Positions 1-12,129 of a stretch of 64,000 bases of DNA are shown here, piece by piece. Source of the DNA: Negaprion brevirostris (Eukaryota). The position numbers and the translations under genes were made by a program. The first letter of the stretch is position 1; the number at the start of each line of letters is the position of its first letter. The DNA lies in assembly GCA_030324005.1 (NCBI GenBank), contig JARDVH010000133.1, positions 23,598,409 to 23,662,408 on the forward strand, given 5' to 3'. The notes under the pieces are model-generated. The model ran no database searches. It was given only the letters and a program-made list of their open reading frames with translations, and was not told the origin of the DNA.

Positions 1-574
1 TACAAGTCTTTTACGCTGTGATCATTTTACCTGGTTTCCTTTTCGATCCCTCCTATTACCCCTTTAACTTCGACCGGGTACTTTCACACCTTTCTTTCAC
101 CTGGGGAGAGGAGGTTGGAAATGAATAGAATAGAGCTCTCCAGGACTAATGTTCAGTAGCATTGATGTTGACTATAGCGTAGTTATACAGGCATTAATTC
201 CCCCCAAGACTGAGTGTTCTGTTGTTCTAAAACAATCCAATCAAATGATAGTTGGGATCTGCTGGAATTCATCCAAAGATGGTGGCCAAATTTGAAGGGT
301 GCCTGAGGCTGGAATGTAAACTCTGATCCTTATTTTAGGAGTCCAGTACTGGTTACTGCACCTGCAAGCAGGCATCCTTTTACTCCACCTGTGATCAGTT
401 GATAGATGAAAGGCTTTGAGGACTTCGTTGATGAATTAGCAACCTTCTTCGCATAAGCTTAGTTTAGGAGATATTTTGCCTCCAAAGTGGAAGACTGTTT
501 AACTCTCACTGCACTTTGGAGACCAGTTTGAGTAAAGGAGACTGGTAACACTGGGCAGTTGTGGTGTATTTATG

Positions 575-742
575 TAGATAGATAGTGATTTTTAAGGATC
601 GTCTTGACAAATACATGAATAGGATGGGAATAGAGGGATATAGTCCCCGGAAGGGTCGGGGGTTTTGGTCAAGCAGCATGGTCGATGCAGGCTTGGAGGG
701 CCGAAGGGCCTGTTCCTGTGCTGTATTTTTCTTTGTTCTTAG
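575..742 (+). mobile_element. CR1/HER1-type LINE 3' end
   Basis: FKDRLDKYMNRMGIEGY ORF2 end and tail GGGCCGAAGGGCCTGTTCCTGTGCTGTA; same family as 28115-28400 in the opposite orientation. Confidence 0.8.
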
Positions 743-2577
743 TATCATACAGTATATAATAAAATCTCAAACTCTTAAGTGTTCAGATTTAAGCAGAAGA
801 AAAAGGATAATCAGTAATTCACAAAAATATTGATGATTCTGCAATAAAGAATGATGGACTGATAAAGAGCAGGCTGATGGTGAGCATATAAAACAAATCT
901 CTGCTTTGAACCTCAGCACCCCACCCTCAAATCCTTCGATGTTAACCAGTAGATCACGAGCCTTGTATTTCACAGTCCAATAGTGCAAACGTGGGCCAGT
1001 TTGGAATTCACAGGCTGCAGCTAAATCATGTTGAAAAGCATCAGTGAAAATGATAATGATGATAAAGGAAGGAAGTGTTTAACCTCGGGCAGAGACTGCT
1101 ATGAATAAACCAATATCTTTTCTGTTGCCATGACAACAATTTTTTTCCTCAGTTTATTCTCCAGAATTTAAAGCTACGTGTCGTGTTAAACAACCAAAGA
1201 ACATGGTGGGATTCTTTGTGCACCACTTCAGCTGTTAAGAGACAGTGTACTACTGGCTGATGTGACACCTTGAGGGAGCAAAAGTACCAACAAGCCTGTC
1301 TAACCCAGTACAAAACCTGGGACCTACCTCAAATGCCTTGGCTTCATATTTGATGGTGCCATTCACACTGAAACTTAATGGATAGTCTGAGTCTAAAGTG
1401 TAGAGTCTACATTTAGACATATCTGATTCATTTATGCTAGTCATACACATTCTAGACAGCACTTTAGGACACTGTTGTGATTGTGACCTAGTATTCATGC
1501 TGTCTCTTGATTTCCATCTGCAGCACTGCTCTGGGTCCCTACCTCCTGTTGCTGTGATAGTGAATGTCACTGCAAAATGTTTGGGGAATTCCAACATAAT
1601 TAGGAGAACCCATCACACAGTGCAGTAGTATTCAGGTTAGGTGCAAATAAACAGTGATGGGAGCCTTGAAACAGCATGGAATTGGGAGTCTTACTGGTGG
1701 GAAATGAAAGCAAAGTCCATGGATAGGACTAGTGGAACTAGGTATGAGGAGGTGGCAGAAGGCGAGGGCAAAGGGACAACCTAAGCTGTTATAGGGAATG
1801 AATAGAATGTGTCTGTGTAAAATGTTCTGGTAATTCATTAATTTATTTGTGGGATCTTGCTATATGTCAATTTATGCCACATTTGCCTGTACAACAAACA
1901 TGAATTCACATAAAAAGTAGTAATTGATGGTCGGGGAGTATGTTCCAAAGACCTAAGGATAAGATAAGGCACTATATGAATATATGTTTTTGAGGCAAAG
2001 TTTTGGAAGGCTAATTTAAATTTTGCAGCTGTAAGCAGGAGCAACACTGAGCGTTACAACACAAATGAGTACAGTGTGGGAGATGGTTGGTAGATTTGAT
2101 CACTGTTTCATTTCTCAGTGCGTGAAAGCTATGGGTCCTGCCTCATCCCACTTTACCAGGAATGAGTAGTTTCAGTTACTAGCCGGATTCTCTCATTCCA
2201 CTGGCGTGGATATGTTGAGATAAAACATGCACCTCTGGCCTGGTTGTCTCCGCTCTGCCAGGCTGGGGAAATAAATATAAAGCCTGTTATAAATAACTTT
2301 GGTTAAAACCTGGCTCAGTGATGAAATGTGAAAGAGAAATGCAAAGTTAAATAATGTAGAGGTCTAAGGAAGTACTTGAAGTTTAATTAAATTTGCTTTC
2401 ATGTTAATTGATCGAAGGATACACACTGAATTAAAATAGTTTGCATAGTTTTGCTGACGAGTCCCCTGCTTCCTCTTGACCCAAATAAATTTTAAAGAAT
2501 TAAATTTGACCGCATGTATTTTTAGTTCATCATTTTCGACATTTATGTAATTTTGAGTAGCTATCTAGTCTGATTGG

Positions 2578-2917
2578 ATTTTTTTTATTCATTCATGGGA
2601 CATTGGCATCACTGGCTGGCCAGCTTTTCTTGCCCATCCCTAGTTGCCTCAGGGCAGTTTTGTGGCTCTGGAATCGCATGTAGGCCAAATGAGGTAAGGA
2701 CAGCAGATTTCCTTCCCTAAAGGATATTAGTAAACCAGATGGATTTTTCCATCAATCAACAATGGTTTCGCGGTCATCAGTAGACTCTTAATTCCAGATA
2801 TTTTTTATTGAATTGAAATTGCACCACCTGCCATGGCGGGATTCGAACCCCAGTCCTCAGAACATTAACTGACTTTCTGGACTTACAGGCTAATGATAAT
2901 ACCAGGCCATTGCCTCC
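2578..2917 (-). mobile_element. tRNA-derived SINE
   Basis: B-box GGGTTCGAATCCCGCC on the - strand (about 2834-2851); homologous to 27195-27540; 3' tail shared with the LINE end at 63020-63068. Confidence 0.75.
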
Positions 2918-2966
2918 ACTTAATTAACCCATGATTTGGGAAAACTGAACGGGGGTTTTTCAAATC

Positions 2967-3877
2967 CAGAAGCAAGTAAGCTAAATAATAATGATATAAC
3001 ACCAAAAGTTGATTTGAACATATAATTCTTGCTTTTCTGGGTTTGATATTGATTTTGCTGGCTAACAGAACTGTTTACTGTATCTGTGGTGCTGAAAATA
3101 CTCTATATAATTTAGCCAGAAAGATACACTCTTGAGTTTTGTTTGCACACAGTGTATTAAGCGGTGGTGATTGGTCAGTGTACTGTTTTGTAATTCTTTA
3201 GTTCTGATCCATAATACTTCATGATCAGCAACTAAACAGCACCCTAAGAAAATGAGCTTATAAAATNNNNNNNNNNNNNNNNNNNNNNNNNNNNNNNNNN
3301 NNNNNNNNNNNNNNNNNNNNNNNNNNNNNNNNNNNNNNNNNNNNNNNNNNNNNNNNNNNNNNNNNNNNNNNNNNNNNNNNNNNNNNNNNNNNNNNNNNNN
3401 NNNNNNNNNNNNNNNNNNNNNNNNNNNNNNNNNNNNNNNNNNNNNNNNNNNNNNNNNNNNNNNNNNNNNNNNNNNNNNNNNNNNNNNNNNNNNNNNNNNN
3501 NNNNNNNNNNNNNNNNNNNNNNNNNNNNNNNNNNNNNNNNNNNNNNNNNNNNNNNNNNNNNNNNNNNNNNNNNNNNNNNNNNNNNNNNNNNNNNNNNNNN
3601 NNNNNNNNNNNNNNNNNNNNNNNNNNNNNNNNNNNNNNNNNNNNNNNNNNNNNNNNNNNNNNNNNNNNNNNNNNNTAAGCTCATTTTCTTAGGGTGCTGT
3701 TTAGTTGCTGATCATGAAGTATTATGGATCAGAACTAAAGAATTACAAAACAATACACTGACCAATCACCACCGCTTAATACACTGTGTGCAAACAAAAC
3801 TCAAGAGTGTATCTTTTCTGGCTAAATTATATAGAGTATTTTCAGCACCACATCACTATTTAGCTTACTTGCTTCTG
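2967..3877. repeat. Long inverted repeat (foldback) around an N gap
   Basis: 3085-3260 is the reverse complement of 3676-3852 (1 substitution, 1 indel); outer arms 2967-2986 and 3858-3877. Confidence 0.85.
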
Positions 3878-4094
3878 AAACTAACTGCCTTGTTAATGCT
3901 CTAGCATAATGTATACTGTTGGAATTGCCACTTGAACATGATCAAAACTAGTTACTTCAGCTATGTTAACAAATGCAAACAATGTGGCTATGTTGAATAA
4001 CATTACTCCATTGGGATTCAAGTTGAGATGAGCAAGAGCACAAGAGGAGAAAGGCATATAGGGAAAAAAACAGATGATAGTGAAGAAAGGTGAG

Positions 4095-4402
4095 GAGAAT
4101 AATATCGCAACTGTAGAGGATGCAGAGAATAATATAGTAACTGTCGAAGATGTGGGGAGCAATGTTTCAACTGTAGAGGGTGCGGGGAATAAAGTAGTAA
4201 CTGTAGAGAGTGCGGGGAATAAAGTAGCAACTTAAAAGTCTGTTTATTTCTCACACGTAGGCTTATGTTAACACTGCAATGAGGTTACTGTGAAAATCAC
4301 TTAGTCGCCGCACTCTGGCACCTGTTCCAGTACTGTGGAGGATGCAGTGAATAATCTAGCAACTGTAGAGCGTGCAGAGAATAATACAGCAATTGTAAAG
4401 AA
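4095..4402. repeat. Degenerate 30-bp minisatellite (about 7 units, GAGAATAATATAGCAACTGTAGAGGATGCA-like) interrupted by a SINE tail
   Basis: Units at 4095, 4125, 4155, 4185, 4215 (split), 4347 and 4377; insert at about 4233-4332. Confidence 0.8.
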
Positions 4403-4589
4403 TAATGAGGCCAGCAGAGAGAACAGTGGAGACTTTGTGATTAGGGTAGGATGGGCTGGATTTTCTTCTTCTCATTGTCTCCCCGAAAGCAGGTTCGACC
4501 CACAGCGTCGCAATCCTGGCAGATTCTGAATTCATCCCAGAGATCATACTGTTGACACCAGTCTGATCCATGCTGGTTGTCCAGTCAAC

Positions 4590-5990
4590 TGACTCTTAAG
4601 AATTTCTCCACCATGGACGTTCGGCTAACTGGTCTGTAATTCCCCGGATATCGTCTTTCACCCTTCTTATAAAGTGAAATGACATTAGCAATCTTCCAAG
4701 CCGGGGGACGACCCCTGAATCTAAGGAACTCTTAATGTTATAGTCAGAGCATCAACAATGTGCTGTCCTACTACTTTAACACCTTCAGATGGAAATTGTC
4801 AGGTCCTGATGATTTGTTACATTTTAGTTCCATTAATTTCCTTTTTTTCGATGTTTTACTTACTTGAATTGTATTTAAACTGTCCCCGATCCACTATTAA
4901 TTCTCTTGGGACTTACAGCAAGCTATATCTCTGTGCTGTAAATACTGAAGCAGATTAATTACTCAACATGTTTGCCATTTTCCCAGAGTCATTGACAATA
5001 TTCCTACTTCCAGTCTTCAGTGGGTCCACCTTGCTCCTGACCATCTGCTTTCCCTTTAACTATAACATTTCTTCTTATTGAGCTTGATGTCCCTTGCAAG
5101 TCTCCTTTCATAATCCCTTTTAGGGGGTCTTATAAGCCAATTTGTGNNNNNNNNNNNNNNNNNNNNNNNNNNNNNNNNNNNNNNNNNNNNNNNNNNNNNN
5201 NNNNNNNNNNNNNNNNNNNNNNNNNNNNNNNNNNNNNNNNNNNNNNNNNNNNNNNNNNNNNNNNNNNNNNNNNNNNNNNNNNNNNNNNNNNNNNNNNNNN
5301 NNNNNNNNNNNNNNNNNNNNNNNNNNNNNNNNNNNNNNNNNNNNNNNNNNNNNNNNNNNNNNNNNNNNNNNNNNNNNNNNNNNNNNNNNNNNNNNNNNNN
5401 NNNNNNNNNNNNNNNNNNNNNNNNNNNNNNNNNNNNNNNNNNNNNNNNNNNNNNNNNNNNNNNNNNNNNNNNNNNNNNNNNNNNNNNNNNNNNNNNNNNN
5501 NNNNNCATTAAATGTTTCTTCAAATACCCTCCACTGTTCTTCAGTTGTTTAACCCATTAGCAAATTTTCCCAGTTTACGTGGAAAATCTCACGTTTCACC
5601 TCATTAAAGTCAGCCTAACCTAAATCTAAAATAGTAGTTGCTGATTCGTGCTTTTCGCTTTCAAATGCTTCATTGAACTCAATCATGTTATGATCACTAT
5701 TTGATAAATGTTCCCACAAAATTAGGTTACTAATTAAATCTGGATCATTACTAAATCCAGTATTGCTTGTCCCCTTGTTGCATCCAGGTCATGTTGCTGT
5801 GGGAAATTATCCCAGACGCACTCCAGAAATTCACAATCATTCTGACAGCTGCTTGTCTGTTTCTCCCATTCTACGCTAAAGTTAAAGTTCCCATTAATAC
5901 CACTCTGCCTTTGCTATATACTTGCCTAATAATTCTCCTAGAAGTAACCACCTCAGATCTGCATCCTGTATGTCAATTTCTGCTTTTTAA
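4590..5990 (-). mobile_element. Decayed CR1 LINE ORF2 fragments spanning a gap
   Basis: - strand CR1-like peptides such as KRDYERRLARDIK and KGERRYPGNYRPVSRTSMVEK. Confidence 0.6.
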
Positions 5991-6379
5991 TTGCAAATAA
6001 AATTTGAGTTATTTTTCCTCTGTATCCTGAACCATCTTTTCATAAAATGTGTGAACCTGCATTAAACAACTTGCACTGACACGGCATCTTTTAATATAGT
6101 AAAACATCCCAAGGTATGTTTCACTGGAGCATTATAAAATAAAGTTTGATAGAAAGACACAATATATTGGTGGATGAACAAAAGCTTGTTCAAAGAGGCA
6201 CTTTTTAAGAAGAATCTTGAAGGAGGAAAGAGTGGCAGGGAGGTTCGTTGAGGGGATTTCAGAGTTTAAAGCTTAAACATACATAACACTCCAATCCAAT
6301 GTGACAGTTCACATTGAGTCATTCAGATCCTTATGATTAAATACGGTACATACTGCTCTAGGGTGTCCCCCTCCATTTA

Positions 6380-6980
6380 GCTTGCGTACAGTCTGAGCGT
6401 TTTACACTGGTTCTAGCCTCTTGGTGTAAATTGTGGGAGGGCCCTAAACTGCAGCATTTTTCCATTGAGCCTTTGTTGCAGATGCCACAAGCTTAAATGT
6501 ATCACTCAGCATGTGGTACTGAACTTTGAACTGTCATAGTCTGCAACAGTCAGTCACTGGAAAGCCAGTAGGTTTTGGGCAGATGAAAGAATATCTTCCA
6601 CCGAGTTGACGACCTATTAGTGGCAATCAGTGTTTGGTTTGGAGTCTGTCCCTGGGAGCAAACCATTCTGCAAAGTCTCAAGTATGTCACTTGCTGACCA
6701 CTCCCTGATTGACTTGTGGTCAAAGATGTTTTTCTGCACAAACCTTTCCACAAAGGACAGGTAATACAGCATTATAGCAATATAGCAGTCTGTAGTAGCC
6801 CATCCTTTGCAATACTGGACACACAGGGAACCTCATTACGTGCAGACACTTGGTTGTTGTATACAAAGTTTCATGCAGCTATGCATGAAGGTGGCCATTG
6901 GGATAAGGACAACATTGGATGTGTTTCTCCCTGTTCTTTGAAGACTTGTACACTGTGTCCCTGAAGGGATGATCCATTTT
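6380..6980 (-). mobile_element. Decayed Tx1/L1-clade LINE ORF2 fragment
   Basis: - strand peptides RDTVYK, NVVLIPMATFM and YYLSFVERFVQKNIFDHK resemble Tx1-like ORF2. Confidence 0.55.
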
Positions 6981-7119
6981 TGATCCCCAATCAATAATTC
7001 AGTCATCTTATTTCGAGGCAGATGATCTCCAGTTTCTCCACATTACTCTCCTCGTAACCCACACCACTAACATTGGAGGTTTGCCTCGTTGCTGTAATTT
7101 GCACAGCCCCCATACTCTG

Positions 7120-7395
7120 GATTTTGATTTGATTTATTATTGTCACATGTATTGGTATACAGTGAAAAGTATTGTTTCCTGACACTGTACAGACAAAGCA
7201 TACTGTTCATAGAGTACATAGGAGAGGGCACAGGATATAGGGTTACAGTCATAGCTAGGATGTAGAGAAAGATCAACTTAATATCAGATCCATTCAAAAG
7301 TCTGATGGCAGCAGGGAAGAAGCTGTTCTTGAATTGATTGGTACACGACCTCTGACTTTTGTATCTTTTTCCCGGTGGAAGAGAGAATGTCCAGA
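7120..7395 (-). mobile_element. Rex1/Babar-type LINE 3' end
   Basis: (TGATT)n tail then TTATTATTGTCACATGTATT...GCAGGGAAGAAGCTGTTCTTG; same family as 24963-25378. Confidence 0.75.
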
Positions 7396-8737
7396 AGCCT
7401 CTTGAGAATTGGAACTAGACACACAATGGAAGGCGTGAATGGATGAGCACCACAACATTTGATCGTTACCTCCGATGTCCCATGTTCTACTGTTTCAGAG
7501 ATGTTCTCTATCCTATTGGTTTTGTTGGTTGCCTCTTTCTATAGGTTGGACATGTCTAGCATCAAATTTATTAAGGCTCTTCAGCCTCTTGCATCTTCAC
7601 CGATAGCTATTTGCACACCATTTGTTGAGTACACATCACCCATATTCTTCTCCAACAGTATAATTTTGTCTGCATTAAATTAACGTTGCTCTGCTAGCTT
7701 GTATATCCTTCTCAACTCATTATGTATCGGTGCTTTCTGATCTCCCTGTTCCAAAACTGCTCTTTTGGTATAAGTTGCAAAATGGTCCACTCCATTTCTG
7801 AATTCAGATCTTTTTTAAATTAGTGAGAGATGCTTCCACCGTTGAGTTCACAGACACCCAGCTCATTACAACGATAAACACCAGCTCTGACATAGGGTCA
7901 GCTAGACTCAGCGTTGGCTCTATTCTCTCCCCACACATACTGTCAGACCTGCTGAGATTTTCCAGCATTTCCTGTTTTTCTCCCAGCTCATTACTCCCTG
8001 CTCCCCAACAGTTCCCCATTCTTATATAATTCCTCTAAACAGTACTCGTGTTTGCTATATTTCAACCAGCTAATTATTCACTCTGTTTCTACTGCACCTT
8101 TGTGTTTAAATTAACTTTGTCAAAAGTCTCTGGGAAGTCAAGGTACACCACGTCATGGGCATGCAATAGTCCACGGGGTTTGTTACTACTTTAAAGAATT
8201 GAAAAATATCAGTCAGGCTGAATCTTTCCCTTATTTAAGAAATCATTGGATGATGCACTAGGAGAACAACTTGATACTTCTGGATGAGTGAATTAAGATG
8301 GGCTGTATGGCTCTCCATGTTGATAATGATCTTCTGGTCACTTTGCTGGGACCCTGTCGTTTGCCTGACCTCTGAGGTGGAGAATAACACTTGCCGACAT
8401 AAACCAATCATTGTATCATTTAATACAAATTGGAATCAGTTCCTCTCTGCTTGACTGCAGTGCTTGCAAGCCAGTAGAATTGTTTGGATTTGCCTGGACA
8501 ATTTCCAATGGGGAGTATTCAAGCAGTTACCTTTTAAAAGACGAGCCAGATTAAACACTGCTTGATTGTAGAAGCTAAGCTGTGCTCTAGACCACCTCCG
8601 GACAATGTTTTAGAAGAACTGTTAGACTCCCTATAAAAAGGAAACCAATATTTCATTTTGATGTTATGAGTAACATGCATAAATGGATGAATTTTGTTTA
8701 CAATATATTTATTCTCTTATCCCTGTTGTGAATGCAG

Positions 8738-8824
8738 ACGGTGCTCGAGGAACATGCTGATGATGATCAGAAACTGGCCATCACTGGGGTTCCGATTGTA
8801 ACATGGCCAAAGAAGACGGTGAAG
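8738..8824 (+). CDS. KDM2B: KDM2B exon (87 nt), end of JmjC-associated region: [29 protein letters not shown]
   Basis: Acceptor tgcAG (8736-8737), donor GTAAGA (8825), phase 0/0. Matches the recalled human [28 protein letters not shown]. Too short for the ORF track. Confidence 0.93.
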
Positions 8825-9609
8825 GTAAGAACGGATGGCAGCATCATTAACAGACAGAAACACACATGCTTTGCAATATTGAAATCTTTGCGGTTGCAGG
8901 AATGCTAACTGTTCATGTTGATGCAGATTACCAGTTTACTGTATCCAGAACTCTGAAGAATTTTAATATCTTGGTGTTAAAGATGTTTTGCAGTAGTATT
9001 TTCATTCATTTATGTAAATTGTTTCAAGAGTGCTCATGTTGTGATTTGCAGAGAAGGGTTTATTGATCATGTGGTTTCATGTGTCTACAAGTGCATGTTG
9101 ACATTTTGTGTTGTTATATTTTTGCCTTGGGGGTTCATCGTTGAATGTGCTTAAATGACGCAATGTTTATACTTTGTTTGACTTTTGCATGCATTATTCT
9201 TTTGATATCAGGAGTGTATGTTGTTCATGTATAATTTAGAAACCTATTCTATCTGTTAAAGGATGGTAATCAAGTACGTTCATAGAGTTAAATTCAGGAG
9301 GTACATTTCTTTTCACCTTCTGTTTATGAATCAGTTGCTTATGATGAGAGATGCTCATGTTGGGAGATTGGAACAGTTAATGTTCGGCATCCATTGTCAG
9401 CATCAAACGTTCCTTGATATAGCATAGTTAAGCGCCTTGACTCTGCCCTAATGTGTTTCAACTGCTACTTCAGAAGAGTAAACTTTAATGCACCAGTGTG
9501 ATGCTTTTCCACTTCCCACACCAACATTCCTGTGACTTCTCAGAGAGATTGCCAAATTATGGGCAATTTTGTGCTTTGGGGCCATGACAAAGTAATAAAA
9601 AAGGGTTGT

Positions 9610-11200
9610 TGAGGTTGACCTGTACGTAGGTCTTCAAAAGGACTTTAAATAATACTACACAAACTTGTTGCTAAATCAGAACCCGTGGAATTAAAGAAAC
9701 GATAACAACGTACGTAAATAAAAATGATTAAGGAACAGAAAGTAGTCATATTTGAAGCGAAGATGTTGAATATTTTTTGAGCTAAAGTGGACAGGTTCTT
9801 GGTGAGCAAGGGGCTATTGGGGATAGGTAGGATGCAGATTTGAGATTATCAGATCATCCATGATCTTATTAAATGGTGAAGTACAGTCAAAGGGCTGAAT
9901 GGCCTGCTCCTTGTCCATATGTTTGTATGTCTTGACGAGCTGCTGTTTATAGGACTGGAGGAAATTATATAGTGGTGTTCCCTAGAAGGTGACAATTGGA
10001 CAGCTGCTCTTTTTGATCATATATTAATATGGGCCTGGGCATGGGCATCATTTCAAAGTTGCAAATTAAAATTTGTTGTCCGGAATGATGAGGACAGTAA
10101 GCTGGTAAAATAGGCAGGCACATGGCAAGGAAATGTCAAGTGATACATTTTGGTAGAATGAATGAGGAGAGACACAATAAACAAAATGGCATGATTTTAA
10201 ATGGCTGTAATAACAGAGAATTTGGTGTATGTATACAATACTTTGAAGGTAATAGGAAAGTGAAAAAGCTTTTGAAAAAGCATATAGGGTCTTTGGCTTT
10301 ATTAACAGAAGAATGGATTACAGCAGCAAACAAGTTGAGCTATAACTGTACAAAACACTGGTTACACCTCAGCCAGAGCATTGTGTTCAATTCTAGTTAC
10401 TGCCCTTTAGGATCAGTAAGATGTCCTACACACCAGGTTAAAGTCTGACAGGTTTAGTTGGAATCACGAGCTTTCGGAGTGCTGCTCCTTCATCAGGTGA
10501 ACCTGGCGTTGTGAGGCTTCTTACTGTGCTCACCCCAGTCCACAATACACTTTAGGATGGAGGTGAAGGCCTGAGTGTTCAGATGAGACTTACCAGAATG
10601 GTACCAGGGATGAAGGACCTCAGCTGCCGGGAGACAACGGGGGAACTGAAATTATTCTTCTTGGAGCAGAAAAGGCTATGAGGAGATTTGATGGACATGT
10701 TCGTGTCATGAATAGTTTTGATAAATTAAATAAGAAGGCACTGTTTCTCATGGCTAAAGGATTGGCAACCAAGGAACATGGATTTAAACTGATTGGCAAA
10801 AGATACAGAGGCGGCATGAGGACTTTTTTTAGACAGTTGTTTTGATCTTGAATATACTGCAGCAAGTTTAGTGGAAATCAATTCATTTGCAACCATGATA
10901 ATTCAACGTTATTTTGACTTGTGATAGCTGCTTTGCAACAATTGGTCGTGTTGAGTCCTCCTGAAGCTTACTATCCTCATCATTCTTTGCAACAAATTTT
11001 AATTTGCAACTTTGAAATGATGCCCATGCCCAACAGAATATTAATATATGATCAAAAGAGAATTGTGGTATAATGCTTGAAGGGAAAAATTTTCAAAGCT
11101 GTAGAAATTGAATAAAGTGGGACAAATTGGGTCACTAAAGAGTCACTAAAGAAACAGTGAGCAGAATGGTCTCTCTTTCTGCTTTATGCTCTATGAATTT
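9610..11200 (+). mobile_element. Old CR1 LINE remnant (RT to 3' end) with nested inserts
   Basis: Degenerate KCQVIHFGR and other CR1 RT/C-terminal motifs plus a CR1-like tail; Penelope-like insert at about 10415-10545. Confidence 0.65.
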
Positions 11201-11889
11201 GTGACAACTGGAACCATCTTATGAATGCCCAAGTACATTTAATGTAGAACCTTTAGGACCAGCAAGTAGAGGTGACTTTCAAATTCTGTTGGATTCACAC
11301 TGCATGTTCCAAAATGAAAGGTCAGTGCCTTTCCAGTCAAATCCAAGTTTGAACCTCATTCCTAACTTATTAACGAACAGTCAGGGATCAAGGATTGGGC
11401 TATCTGACAGGGAGGCAGGATTGGGCTGTCTGACAGGGAGGCAAGATTGCACCACAAAATAGGTCTACCAAAGAGTCAACCCNNNNNNNNNNNNNNNNNN
11501 NNNNNNNNNNNNNNNNNNNNNNNNNNNNNNNNNNNNNNNNNNNNNNNNNNNNNNNNNNNNNNNNNNNNNNNNNNNNNNNNNNNNNNNNNNNNNNGCAGTC
11601 CAGTTATCACTCTGGACAGGCTGCATATTTCTCAGACCAACAACATTCCAAATCAAACCAGATTCTTGTGGTTTTTCCTCTCCTTGAGGCTTTAATTGCT
11701 GTTTGGATATGGCTTGACAAGTGACGGTTGCCCTCTGACATATTACTTGGGGTTATCCTTCATGTGTAAGCTTAGTGTGTGAGCAGGAATCATAACTGAG
11801 TTAGATTTCGTTCTCACTCCATGTGTACCAGGGTTCCAGATCTCAGGATAATTTTGTTCCGAAAGATCATTCAGTCTGTCATAATGTAT

Positions 11890-12030
11890 CCACAGTAAGA
11901 AATCTCACACCAGGTTCAAGTCCAACCAGTTTATTTGATAATAAAGTTTATTTGATAGTAAATTTGATAACCTGGTGTTGTGAGACTTTTTATTGGTTTA
12001 CCCCAGTTCAACGCTGGCACCTCCGCATCA
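11890..12030. mobile_element. Penelope-like short element with inverted termini
   Basis: CAGTAAGAAATCTCACACCAGGTT...AACCTGGTGTTGTGAGACTTTT inverted arms; related copy at 10415-10545. Confidence 0.55.
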
Positions 12031-12129
12031 TAATGTATCCATGCAGAAACATCCCATAGCACCTCTTTGAAGTTTCCAGTTGATTTTTAAATTGTTCCAA
12101 GATTTTTGTCTCTTGTAACTNNNNNNAAA

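Noticed and set aside
4095-4402. Regularly spaced 30-bp repeats resembling a CRISPR array
   Set aside because: Head-to-tail degenerate units with no unique spacers, in a vertebrate intron; this is a minisatellite.
3244-5560. Long ORFs made mostly of X (also at 14.8, 20.1, 35.0 and 51.5 kb)
   Set aside because: Artefacts of translating N gaps.
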